A stretch of DNA of 64,000 bases from a virus (taxonomy: Duplodnaviria > Heunggongvirae > Uroviricota > Caudoviricetes), in IMG/VR virus record IMGVR_UViG_3300027608_000011; one strand, given 5' to 3'. The notes under the pieces are model-generated. The model did not search any database, had not been told where the DNA came from, and was given only the letters and a program-made list of their open reading frames with translations. The position numbers were made by a program, and so were the translations under genes. This document shows positions 22,501 to 28,931 of this stretch, one piece after another. Positions within the stretch are counted from its first letter, which is position 1; every line of letters begins with the position of its first letter.

Positions 22501-22763
22501 ATGAAGTTCTCACGACTGTTTAAATCAATACGAAACCCTAAGTTTTGTCCTAAGAACGCTACTAAGTCAATAAGGGCAACAAACTCACTACTTTGAATCC
22601 AGTCATTAAAATCTTCAGGATAGTTAGTGCGAATGTATTCAATCATTGCCGTACGCAATGTATCAAAGTCATATGCTTTAAAATCAGCATTCTTAAAACT
22701 CTGATATACGCTTTGCCAGTTTTCTGCGGCAAATAAATTTTCTTGTCTAATAGTTTGCGCCAT
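19509..22763 (-). CDS. gp6: Baseplate wedge subunit, T4 gp6-like
   Basis: YDFDTLR...EDFNDW...ENFIDTAE; VKFGDG; NAP...QDRMVTGNDY. Confidence 0.85.
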   Translation of the reverse strand: MAQTIRQENLFAAENWQSVYQSFKNADFKAYDFDTLRTAMIEYIRTNYPEDFNDWIQSSEFVALIDLVAFLGQNLGFRIDLNSRENFIDTAERKENVLRLARFLSYNPKRNVSAQGLLKIKSIKTTENVLDSTGSNLANVPLQWAGVNDPDSFEKFITVLNSVFGTNHPFGTPVKAGTVGGVTSQLYSLNTIPDQQVAVSYSASVASKTSNFEICNPTFADLGYYEEQTPDPFSQWNLLYRNDGAGNTSANTGFFVVFKQGQMNKNDYQLNDYIENRVIDIDIEMINEQDVYVQAINEDGSVVNNWKNVPNLVGNNIIYNSFASGDRKICSVITRDNDKISVKFGDGYFSQVPRGIIRVWTRSSNGETYTIRPEDMKNITWDFAYYDKVGKRQFLTLTADLEYDVTNSVGSEDIESVRVNAPNSYYSQDRMVTGNDYSVYPLTTSNNILKIKATNRIHSGFSRYTNITDPTGTNQSLDIFTDDAYIYKDEYYTTNYYTVNNNLYLKNLIVDNLAGILREAEVVNMFYSQSPALNYNQSPSPTTGLPTNVKWNRVTLGSGKSTGYFTGFEVSQNFASIIKIGLATVGQNRQIVQGALLEFEDPDTQVRQWVAVTNIYGTGQGVQDLNSNNTGRKEDGTGVVVLSKNIKTNSKIIRYIPRFKQVFGTTEYNLIKELLETKLPFAIRYDYITQTYRIVSQNNIGNSLFYNTTFAGDVSEQNKDNSWWIRVNYENDQYVVYHKSIRYISGSVNKVRFFNENFKKAINSETTKIEQDSFYYLPSNLSADGTKVFGKKAEFKSDKYFIAEDSFTDNTKLVVSLSDANSDFLPDDPYIFEGLVGSNIVKSDYVTVNGIKFRQIFDSSYEDTTTSITHKGRTDLYMQWHHIAESNQRIDPSSINIIDLFVLTSDYDLKFRRWLKATGKIEDMPLPPTPQELYQNFAALEEVKTSSDTIVYRPSKYKILFGNYADKELKGKFKVIKLAGTSLSDSEIKSRTLTAIDEFFSIVNWTFGETFYFTELAAYIHTKLAGSISSVVLVPQGTSTTFGDLFQVTSGANELFVSGATIKDIDIITQLTDTNLKQQKLIKA

Positions 22764-22772
22764 TGCTTACCT

Positions 22773-23132
22773 TTATTTTATTTCCTTACTTGTGTCGAAC
22801 TCAATTTGTAAATCTGTTACCAAGTTATCTGGCAAATAATTTAACCTTATAACTAATGTAAATCCATTTGGAACCGGGATTATGTTTACCCCTATTAATT
22901 CGAACCTTATATCTTGTCTGATTATAGCCAAACATTCATTTTTTACATAACTTTCCAGTTCAGGAGTTAATGCATCAAATAATACGTCCCATATCCCTGT
23001 GCCAATATCTGGCGCCATAACACGTTCGCCCTTTCGAGTCATGAACGTGTTTAGCAAATCTTGTTTTGCAATCTCAACATCATATGCCTTATTAGAAGGT
23101 AAATGTGAAGAGAATCCTTTATATGTTGTCAT
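22773..23132 (-). CDS. gp25: Baseplate wedge / sheath initiator, T4 gp25-like
   Basis: QDLLNTFMTRKGERVMAPDIG; start reassigned to MTTYK at 23132. Confidence 0.85.
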   Translation of the reverse strand: MTTYKGFSSHLPSNKAYDVEIAKQDLLNTFMTRKGERVMAPDIGTGIWDVLFDALTPELESYVKNECLAIIRQDIRFELIGVNIIPVPNGFTLVIRLNYLPDNLVTDLQIEFDTSKEIK

Positions 23133-23164
23133 ACCATTATTTACCAATAAAATAAACTACATAC

Positions 23165-23419
23165 TTAATGTATGGTAGGTTTTGGTCCATCTTGGGATCC
23201 TTCTTCTAAACGTTGTAATAATTCAGTTATTTCCATATTCTTAAATAACTGCTGGTTAAGTGCCGCAACTATACTTTTAAAAACTTCTAAATTTTTTGGC
23301 TGAGAATCATTTGGGGCCACAATTGGATGTATGAAATCCAATTGGCCATTTTCTTTAATAATGATGGCGCAATCGCTAGGGTTGCACTGATAGCCGGGTT
23401 TTGGAGTTATGATTGACAT
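23165..23419 (-). CDS. Hypothetical protein
   Basis: 84-aa ORF with a TAAATA box at 23444-23451. Confidence 0.6.
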   Translation of the reverse strand: MSIITPKPGYQCNPSDCAIIIKENGQLDFIHPIVAPNDSQPKNLEVFKSIVAALNQQLFKNMEITELLQRLEEGSQDGPKPTIH

Positions 23420-23441
23420 AATTTACGATTTAATGTATACT
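23413..23441 (+). promoter_or_regulatory. Sigma70-type early promoter
   Basis: TTGACA-17 nt-TATACT. Confidence 0.8.
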
Positions 23442-23473
23442 TGTATTTATTTGCACAAATCTGGAGGATTTTA

Positions 23474-23869
23474 ATGTCGATGCATATCGAAGGGCCATGG
23501 CTTAGTACTACTGGTAAGCGTAAAGGCAAACTAAAGTTTAAGTCAGCCGCAGAGGCACAACGTGCTAGGGAATTAGACGCAAGCTGGAAAGAATTGCTTA
23601 AACGTCAAGGTCTTGAGCTTGAAGAACGGAAGCGCAAGCAGGCAATGAGTGCAGAACCATTGGCTGGTAATTATTCATTAGCTATTCCAGAAGGCCGAAG
23701 CACTAGTCATATTAAAAGTCTAGGACAGGACAACGGTGTTGCAACCTTGGCTCCAGCCAAAGTGTATACCGGCACTAAAGTTAAAGGCATTGCTACTATG
23801 CACAAGTCTAATGCGGTGCCTGTGTTTAGCGACGAAGAAGCCATAGATATTAGTAGGATGCGTAGGTAA
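23474..23869 (+). CDS. Conserved T4-like phage hypothetical protein
   Basis: GGAGG RBS before ATG 23474; C-terminal KVYTGTKVKGIATMHKSNAVPVF motif. Confidence 0.75.
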   Translation: MSMHIEGPWLSTTGKRKGKLKFKSAAEAQRARELDASWKELLKRQGLELEERKRKQAMSAEPLAGNYSLAIPEGRSTSHIKSLGQDNGVATLAPAKVYTGTKVKGIATMHKSNAVPVFSDEEAIDISRMRR

Positions 23870-23892
23870 ATAATTTAACTAAGGAGTCTATT

Positions 23893-24051
23893 ATGGATGA
23901 AAAGTCTTGCCCGTTGGAGCATACAGAACATGCTCGACATTGTTCTCTACTAGATGGCCACAAAACAGAAAACAGCGTATGCCAATACAAAGATGAATGT
24001 AAGCAGATGTACGCATCATTAAAAAATACACCACTAGAGGAAGTATTATGA
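23893..24051 (+). CDS. Small 52-aa Cys/His-rich protein (MDEKSCPLEHTEHARHC...)
   Basis: AAGGAG RBS; ATGA overlap with the next gene; not in the ORF track. Confidence 0.65.
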   Translation: MDEKSCPLEHTEHARHCSLLDGHKTENSVCQYKDECKQMYASLKNTPLEEVL

Positions 24052-24341
24052 AAAAACTTATTTTAGTGTTAGCTGTATTGGCATTAACCGGATGTTCAAC
24101 CAGACAAATGGGGCCAGCATTAGTGGGCGGCGTAATTGGTTATGCTATTGCTAAAGACGCTGAGCCTAAAACTGTAGTAATTAGACAACCGGTTATTGTT
24201 CATAGTGTCCCAGTATCCAATGGTAGGCCAGAATTTTCACATTGTGTAGGATATCCGCTAGGAAGAGATCGAGACGCTTGTAATCGCGGTGCTATGGACA
24301 GGGCATCGGACGATGCTTATCGTTATGGTCGTTACAGATAA
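24048..24341 (+). CDS. Predicted lipoprotein with a glycine-zipper-like segment
   Basis: MKK + hydrophobic stretch + LTG-C lipobox; GPALVGGVIGYAIA. Confidence 0.75.
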   Translation: MKKLILVLAVLALTGCSTRQMGPALVGGVIGYAIAKDAEPKTVVIRQPVIVHSVPVSNGRPEFSHCVGYPLGRDRDACNRGAMDRASDDAYRYGRYR

Positions 24342-24982
24342 CTTGTAAAAATACTAAGCCCTATTTTACTTTGGGCTCCGGCTTCTAAAAAATTAGTAGA
24401 CACATGAAGGTGTTTGCGGTCAAAAACAATAATGTCTCCGGGAATCCATTCGCATCTGTTTAACACAGACATCCCTTCAAAGTTACTTCGGTCTAAATGA
24501 TTGCATTCAGTAACTAACGTCTCGTCGAATCCTTGTACAAGGCCACAGACCTCAGCATAGTCGTCCACTATTTTATTAAATTCTTCTTTTACGCCCGGTG
24601 TTCCTTTAACAAAGAAACTTGCGGCGCCGTCCCATTTTTGATTTAGTATGTATAATGCATTTTTAGAAGAATCATACGTAGGCGTTGTAAAAACTTTAAG
24701 GGGTATTACAAATGTTTTATAAGGACGTGGATCAGGTATGCCTGTATCTGTATGGATTCTGTATGGTACATTGGTAGTAAAGAAATTACCGCTGGTAATT
24801 TCCCAAGTGCCTTTGCCTAACTCGTTGTCAATTATAGGTGTTATAATATCTATAACTATTGGAGTTAAATTGGAAAAATGACGTCCTGAAAATTTAGCAT
24901 ACTCGTTTAGGTCTAGTTGATGTTCATTCATTAACTTAGTTCTGCTCCATAGGTCTAATGCTTTTTTTAATACGTATGCCAT
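24332..24982 (-). CDS. 2OG-Fe(II) oxygenase-like protein
   Basis: IHTD (HxD) ... GDIIVFDRKHLHVS ... K. Confidence 0.7.
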   Translation of the reverse strand: MAYVLKKALDLWSRTKLMNEHQLDLNEYAKFSGRHFSNLTPIVIDIITPIIDNELGKGTWEITSGNFFTTNVPYRIHTDTGIPDPRPYKTFVIPLKVFTTPTYDSSKNALYILNQKWDGAASFFVKGTPGVKEEFNKIVDDYAEVCGLVQGFDETLVTECNHLDRSNFEGMSVLNRCEWIPGDIIVFDRKHLHVSTNFLEAGAQSKIGLSIFTSYL

Positions 24983-25617
24983 TACTTTGAACCCGGATCT
25001 TTTTTACCTAATATACGAAACGCCCACTCTCGTTCTGCACACTGAAAACATTGTCCACATCTTCCTATTTGCATTTCGGTACAGCTATGACTAAGCTCTA
25101 GCAATTTTTCTTGTCCAAATTGATAGTACAGATCTAAGGTATGTGTTTTATATAAGTCGACGAATGGCACCTGAGCACGTTTGTACTTGTTATGTGAGGG
25201 TCGCTCTGGGTATAATCCCGGCATCGGAAACTCTTCTGGCGGCGTTTGTTGGCTTCCGTAGAAAATGTAATCTACTATTCCGTTGTCTAGCATTGCCATA
25301 GTACCAGTTTCAACTTGCTTACTGTGATGTACTGTTGGGTCACCTACCGATAAAGGAACTGGTAACTTTAAATTTAACCGTTGATTAACGTATTCAACAA
25401 TGTCTGGACTATACAAGTACGCACCGTCTGTTCTTGGTACTGTAAATGGTATCAATTCTGCAGGATTAGGGCGTTGTTTGTTTAATAACGCTACAATATA
25501 TAACAATATTGCACTATCTGCGCCGCCACTTACTGTTATGCCTACTTTTTTAGGCCAGTCTGGTATGTATATATTAAATCTTCGTATGTCGTTTTTTGGT
25601 CCACAAATTATTAACAT
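24982..25617 (-). CDS. QueC-like PP-loop ATPase with a Zn cluster
   Basis: SGGADS PP-loop; HSC-x7-CGQCFQC; start reassigned to 25617 (TGATG overlap). Confidence 0.75.
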   Translation of the reverse strand: MLIICGPKNDIRRFNIYIPDWPKKVGITVSGGADSAILLYIVALLNKQRPNPAELIPFTVPRTDGAYLYSPDIVEYVNQRLNLKLPVPLSVGDPTVHHSKQVETGTMAMLDNGIVDYIFYGSQQTPPEEFPMPGLYPERPSHNKYKRAQVPFVDLYKTHTLDLYYQFGQEKLLELSHSCTEMQIGRCGQCFQCAEREWAFRILGKKDPGSK

Positions 25618-26321
25618 CAGTGTCGGTGTTGCAAATGGGCAATCACTTTGCTGACATTTGTAACTGTAAATGGAATATTCATAATTAAGTGGATGCTGTC
25701 GTCTGTCCAACTTATTGTTCTATGAGTCTTTTTTGTATTTACGTAATACACGCGGCCTTGTTCTATATTAATCTTTTTATCATCCATCCACCAATCATAT
25801 TGATAAGGCGCGGCGTTTTTAATAAAACAAGCCAGTCTAAATTCTCTACGTGGGAATCCTGGACTGTCCCTGTGGGGAACAAAGTATCCGCCGGTATTAC
25901 ACTTTACAAAAAAACTGCGGCCTACTGGAGCAAATTCTTGGAACAATGGATGCAAACTTGCACAGGCATCATATAGTGGTGTTAGTTTAGTAAATGCGCT
26001 ATCACCCACCGGCTTGCCTAATGCTTGTGCGGCTTCCGGCAGGCTAGGCAAACTACGATGGTCCCACCCTTCTATATCCAGTGTGGTAAGACTAAGTCCT
26101 AATCGGTTGTTTGGTCTATCCGTCCTAGGAAGATAGTCAACCCAGTCATTGGTAAACACGGACAATTCTTGTTCGAGTTGTGCCGTGTTTACCAAAAAGT
26201 CCAGCGGTTCAAAGTCGCCGATCCCTAATAATGTAGTCTCCGCTACCAGTTTATCAAAATTACTAATAGCTGGATCAACTGTACTTCGACTGTGACTTAT
26301 GCCTTGCCCATTTACCGTCAT
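25617..26321 (-). CDS. 2OG-Fe(II) oxygenase (Asp/Asn beta-hydroxylase-like)
   Basis: VPHRD (HxD) ... GRVYYVNTKKTH ... IHLIMN. Confidence 0.7.
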   Translation of the reverse strand: MTVNGQGISHSRSTVDPAISNFDKLVAETTLLGIGDFEPLDFLVNTAQLEQELSVFTNDWVDYLPRTDRPNNRLGLSLTTLDIEGWDHRSLPSLPEAAQALGKPVGDSAFTKLTPLYDACASLHPLFQEFAPVGRSFFVKCNTGGYFVPHRDSPGFPRREFRLACFIKNAAPYQYDWWMDDKKINIEQGRVYYVNTKKTHRTISWTDDSIHLIMNIPFTVTNVSKVIAHLQHRH

Positions 26322-26857
26322 GCGGCCTGCACTAACTCATCGGGCCATTGGATGTATTCTTTCCATGCTTCGTCCCTGATGTGAATTATTTGTTTACGAG
26401 CAAGTTTTGCCATTTCCCAATATGTGGGTGTACGTGGCTTTATCATTGGTTCCAGCGGGTCGGTACCTTTAATAAAGTTGCAAGTACGACATGCAGTAAC
26501 AATGTTATCCCATGTTGTTTCGCCACCTTGGCTACGTGGAACTACATGGTCAAATGTCAAGTCGTCCACATGAAATGCTTCTCCACAGTATTGACACTTG
26601 TGGCCGTCACGTAAATAAACCATTCGCCTGTTGAATGCTACACCAAAGCTAGGGTTTATCCATTTAGTAGCCACAATGATGCTGGGTACTTTCATAGTTA
26701 CATATTGACTGTGAACTTCCCAATCTGTGTATTCTTTAATTATTGTTGCCTTGTCGGCAAAGACTGCCTTAACAGCAGTTTGCCAGTCGACTGTGCTTAA
26801 AGGCAATAGACATAATGGGTTGTAGTCTGCGTTTAGAACTAGTGTGTCGTTGCTCAT
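26318..26857 (-). CDS. HNH endonuclease (McrA-like)
   Basis: RDGHKCQYCG...TFDHVVPRSQGG..WDNIVTACRTCN; start at MSND. Confidence 0.9.
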   Translation of the reverse strand: MSNDTLVLNADYNPLCLLPLSTVDWQTAVKAVFADKATIIKEYTDWEVHSQYVTMKVPSIIVATKWINPSFGVAFNRRMVYLRDGHKCQYCGEAFHVDDLTFDHVVPRSQGGETTWDNIVTACRTCNFIKGTDPLEPMIKPRTPTYWEMAKLARKQIIHIRDEAWKEYIQWPDELVQAA

Positions 26858-26956
26858 GATTATATATTTAAGTTGCAATTCAGTTATTGAATAGCCATTA
26901 TAGCATAGTAGTCATTAGAAGTCTATTTGTGTTATTACCGTTTTATAAATATTTGC

Positions 26957-27148
26957 ATGTTAGAAAAAGTAGCCGATACCGAAAAATCTAGAAGGCTGGC
27001 CGTTTGCAGTAAATGCGAACATTTATTTGCGCCCACAATGTCCTGTACCAAATGCGGATGTTTTTTAGCAGTTAAAGCATCGTTCAAAATTTTTAAATGC
27101 CCCATGGGGAAATGGGCCGTAAATTTGATTGACAATAAATCCAATTAA
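26957..27148 (+). CDS. Small Cys-rich, probably metal-binding protein
   Basis: RLAVCSKC...CTKCGCF..K...CPMGKW; perfect TATAAATA 5 nt upstream of the ATG. Confidence 0.75.
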   Translation: MLEKVADTEKSRRLAVCSKCEHLFAPTMSCTKCGCFLAVKASFKIFKCPMGKWAVNLIDNKSN

Positions 27149-27170
27149 TTGTATAATAGTGGCATAGTAA
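27129..27170 (+). promoter_or_regulatory. Consensus sigma70 early promoter (repeat copy 1)
   Basis: TTGACA-17-TATAAT; 42 bp identical to 27476-27517. Confidence 0.9.
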
Positions 27171-27184
27171 CAAAAAAGGCTCGT

Positions 27185-27466
27185 ATGCAATTTAACTCTG
27201 CCCCTAGTAATACTTTATATGTAAAAGTAAACTTTAAGCGTCAGCCTTACTCAAATAATATAACTGCAATTCGCGTTGTAGCACATATATATTCAGATTT
27301 TGTGTCAAACAAAGCTCTATTTTTAATAGACATGTGCCCAGATAATACTAACATATTACAAGTAGAAGATGTTGTAAAAACGCTACAAAAACAAGCAAAT
27401 TCCTTAAACGTAAGTGTTACAATAGCAAAACCCGTATACAAAAGACTAGTAGAGAATGTTGCGTAA
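27185..27466 (+). CDS. Early hypothetical protein (93 aa, no Gly or Trp)
   Basis: AAGG RBS directly after the promoter. Confidence 0.7.
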   Translation: MQFNSAPSNTLYVKVNFKRQPYSNNITAIRVVAHIYSDFVSNKALFLIDMCPDNTNILQVEDVVKTLQKQANSLNVSVTIAKPVYKRLVENVA

Positions 27467-27475
27467 AAACAACAG

Positions 27476-27517
27476 TTGACAATAAATCCAATTAATTGTA
27501 TAATAGTGGCATAGTAA
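27476..27517 (+). promoter_or_regulatory. Consensus sigma70 early promoter (repeat copy 2)
   Basis: TTGACA-17-TATAAT; identical to copy 1. Confidence 0.9.
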
Positions 27518-27533
27518 GTAAAAAGGAAACGCA

Positions 27534-27791
27534 ATGAAAGCACTTCAGACATATATCGACAAGCAGAATAAGTGGAACGCTATCTTCAAAGGTAGTCAAT
27601 ATGAAATCAAAACTGCTAAAGGTCGGCAGGAAGTTGCCAACCGTATAGACTCGGATCTTAGTCCAGAGAATCTGTCATGCGACGGTGAACTGCCCCGTAG
27701 TCAGGTTCAAGCTAAGTATCGTTCATTGACTGCCGCGGCACGTGACTTGCAGAAGTTGGATCCTTCAGTTAAATTTTACGAATTTGCATAA
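27534..27791 (+). CDS. Early hypothetical protein
   Basis: AAGGA RBS; LSPENLSCDGE motif. Confidence 0.75.
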   Translation: MKALQTYIDKQNKWNAIFKGSQYEIKTAKGRQEVANRIDSDLSPENLSCDGELPRSQVQAKYRSLTAAARDLQKLDPSVKFYEFA

Positions 27792-27800
27792 GAGTAAATC

Positions 27801-28019
27801 ATGGAAAAACTTTTTGTTGTGTTTGGTACAATTGCTTTCGGTGTTGCTGGCCTGCTGTTACTCAGTTTCTTACTGAGCTGGCCAGTATACATGCTTTGGA
27901 ACGGTTGTCTGGTTGGTGCAGTGACAGGCGTAGTCGAAGTGACTTGGTTGCAAGCCTGGGGTATCACTGTACTGTGTGGCTTCCTGTTTAAATCAACCGC
28001 TAAGTCAAATGGAAATTAA
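27801..28019 (+). CDS. Small membrane protein
   Basis: Two hydrophobic segments. Confidence 0.7.
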   Translation: MEKLFVVFGTIAFGVAGLLLLSFLLSWPVYMLWNGCLVGAVTGVVEVTWLQAWGITVLCGFLFKSTAKSNGN

Positions 28020-28299
28020 TAGAAACAAGTTTGGGTTCCTGGGTTGGAACAATAGCCCTGGGCACGACAAGATATGGGGCTTTATAGAAACAAGTCAGGG
28101 CGTGTTTGGATTCTGGGGTCGTCGTAAAGGCAAATTGTCTTTCAAAGAATACCCTAGTATCTGGGACGCTCATGACATTGCGAACCAAAAAGAGCGCAAG
28201 GGCTATCGTGGCACTGACGTAAGTGTTCTACCCACTGACTTTGAAGGACAATTAATGTTTGCTTGTTTGGGTATGGTTAAGTTTGGTATTGACAAATAA
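28009..28299 (+). CDS. WGR-domain-like protein
   Basis: DKIWG...FWGRR...KERKGY. Confidence 0.65.
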   Translation: MEINRNKFGFLGWNNSPGHDKIWGFIETSQGVFGFWGRRKGKLSFKEYPSIWDAHDIANQKERKGYRGTDVSVLPTDFEGQLMFACLGMVKFGIDK

Positions 28300-28317
28300 T
28301 CCAATTAATTGTATAAT
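28289..28317 (+). promoter_or_regulatory. Consensus sigma70 early promoter (copy 3, slightly diverged)
   Basis: TTGACA-aataatccaattaattg-TATAAT. Confidence 0.9.
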
Positions 28318-28347
28318 ACTTGTATAGTAACTAAAAAGGACTTGAAA

Positions 28348-28674
28348 ATGATTGCACTAGATAACATCGAATCCATTCATAATACCGCGGTTTCGGCCGC
28401 TCAGAAGGCGGAAGCAGACTTTATTGCCCGACACGGCGAGCCAGGTTACTGTGGTTTTGCTTGGGTACATGTCAGCGAAAAAGCATCAACCAAATTGGGT
28501 CGTGCGCTGAAAACTGTGGGCTTCAAGCCTGCATATGGTGGCGGACTTCAACTTTGGAACCCCGGTGGCTCATTTACTCAGAGCATGGACATCAAAGAAA
28601 CAGGTGCCCAGGCCTATGCCGATACATTGAGGGCATTTGGTATTACTGCATACATGAGTTCGAGGGCAGACTAA
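28348..28674 (+). CDS. Early hypothetical protein
   Basis: AAGGA RBS; CGFAWV...QSMDIKE...AYA motif. Confidence 0.75.
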   Translation: MIALDNIESIHNTAVSAAQKAEADFIARHGEPGYCGFAWVHVSEKASTKLGRALKTVGFKPAYGGGLQLWNPGGSFTQSMDIKETGAQAYADTLRAFGITAYMSSRAD

Positions 28675-28675
28675 T

Positions 28676-28930
28676 ATGAGAGACCAATCAGTAGAGGATA
28701 AAGTTATGCTGGCGCTTAAAGGCTACGAGTGGGTTAGAGAAAATCATGGCAGTTTGTTTGACCGTGGTGCCGCGGACAGTTATTATTCACGCAAACCCGA
28801 CCCACATTATGGAGGTGTCGGGGGAGAAAGTGGCAAGCGGCATGACGTGTTATCCTCCAAAGAGATTAAAGAATACATGGCAGGATTTGAGTACAACGAA
28901 GCATCCGGCGACAAAAAATATTATAATTAA
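28676..28930 (+). CDS. Early hypothetical protein
   Basis: HGSLFDRGAADSYY...PDPHY motif; tight operon spacing. Confidence 0.7.
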   Translation: MRDQSVEDKVMLALKGYEWVRENHGSLFDRGAADSYYSRKPDPHYGGVGGESGKRHDVLSSKEIKEYMAGFEYNEASGDKKYYN

Positions 28931-28931
28931 T

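Noticed and set aside
24982-25617. Canonical queC / 7-deazaguanine DNA modification pathway
   Set aside because: No partner genes in the window, so the symbol was not assigned
27129-28330. CRISPR array or att sites from the 42-bp repeats
   Set aside because: The repeats are promoters separated by whole genes; no cas or integrase genes in the window
28746-28931. N-terminal extension of the ligase (and track starts at 23147, 23441, 25710, 27149, 28309, 30399, 31300, 42341)
   Set aside because: They overlap upstream genes or promoters; downstream ATGs fit the RBS or coupling better
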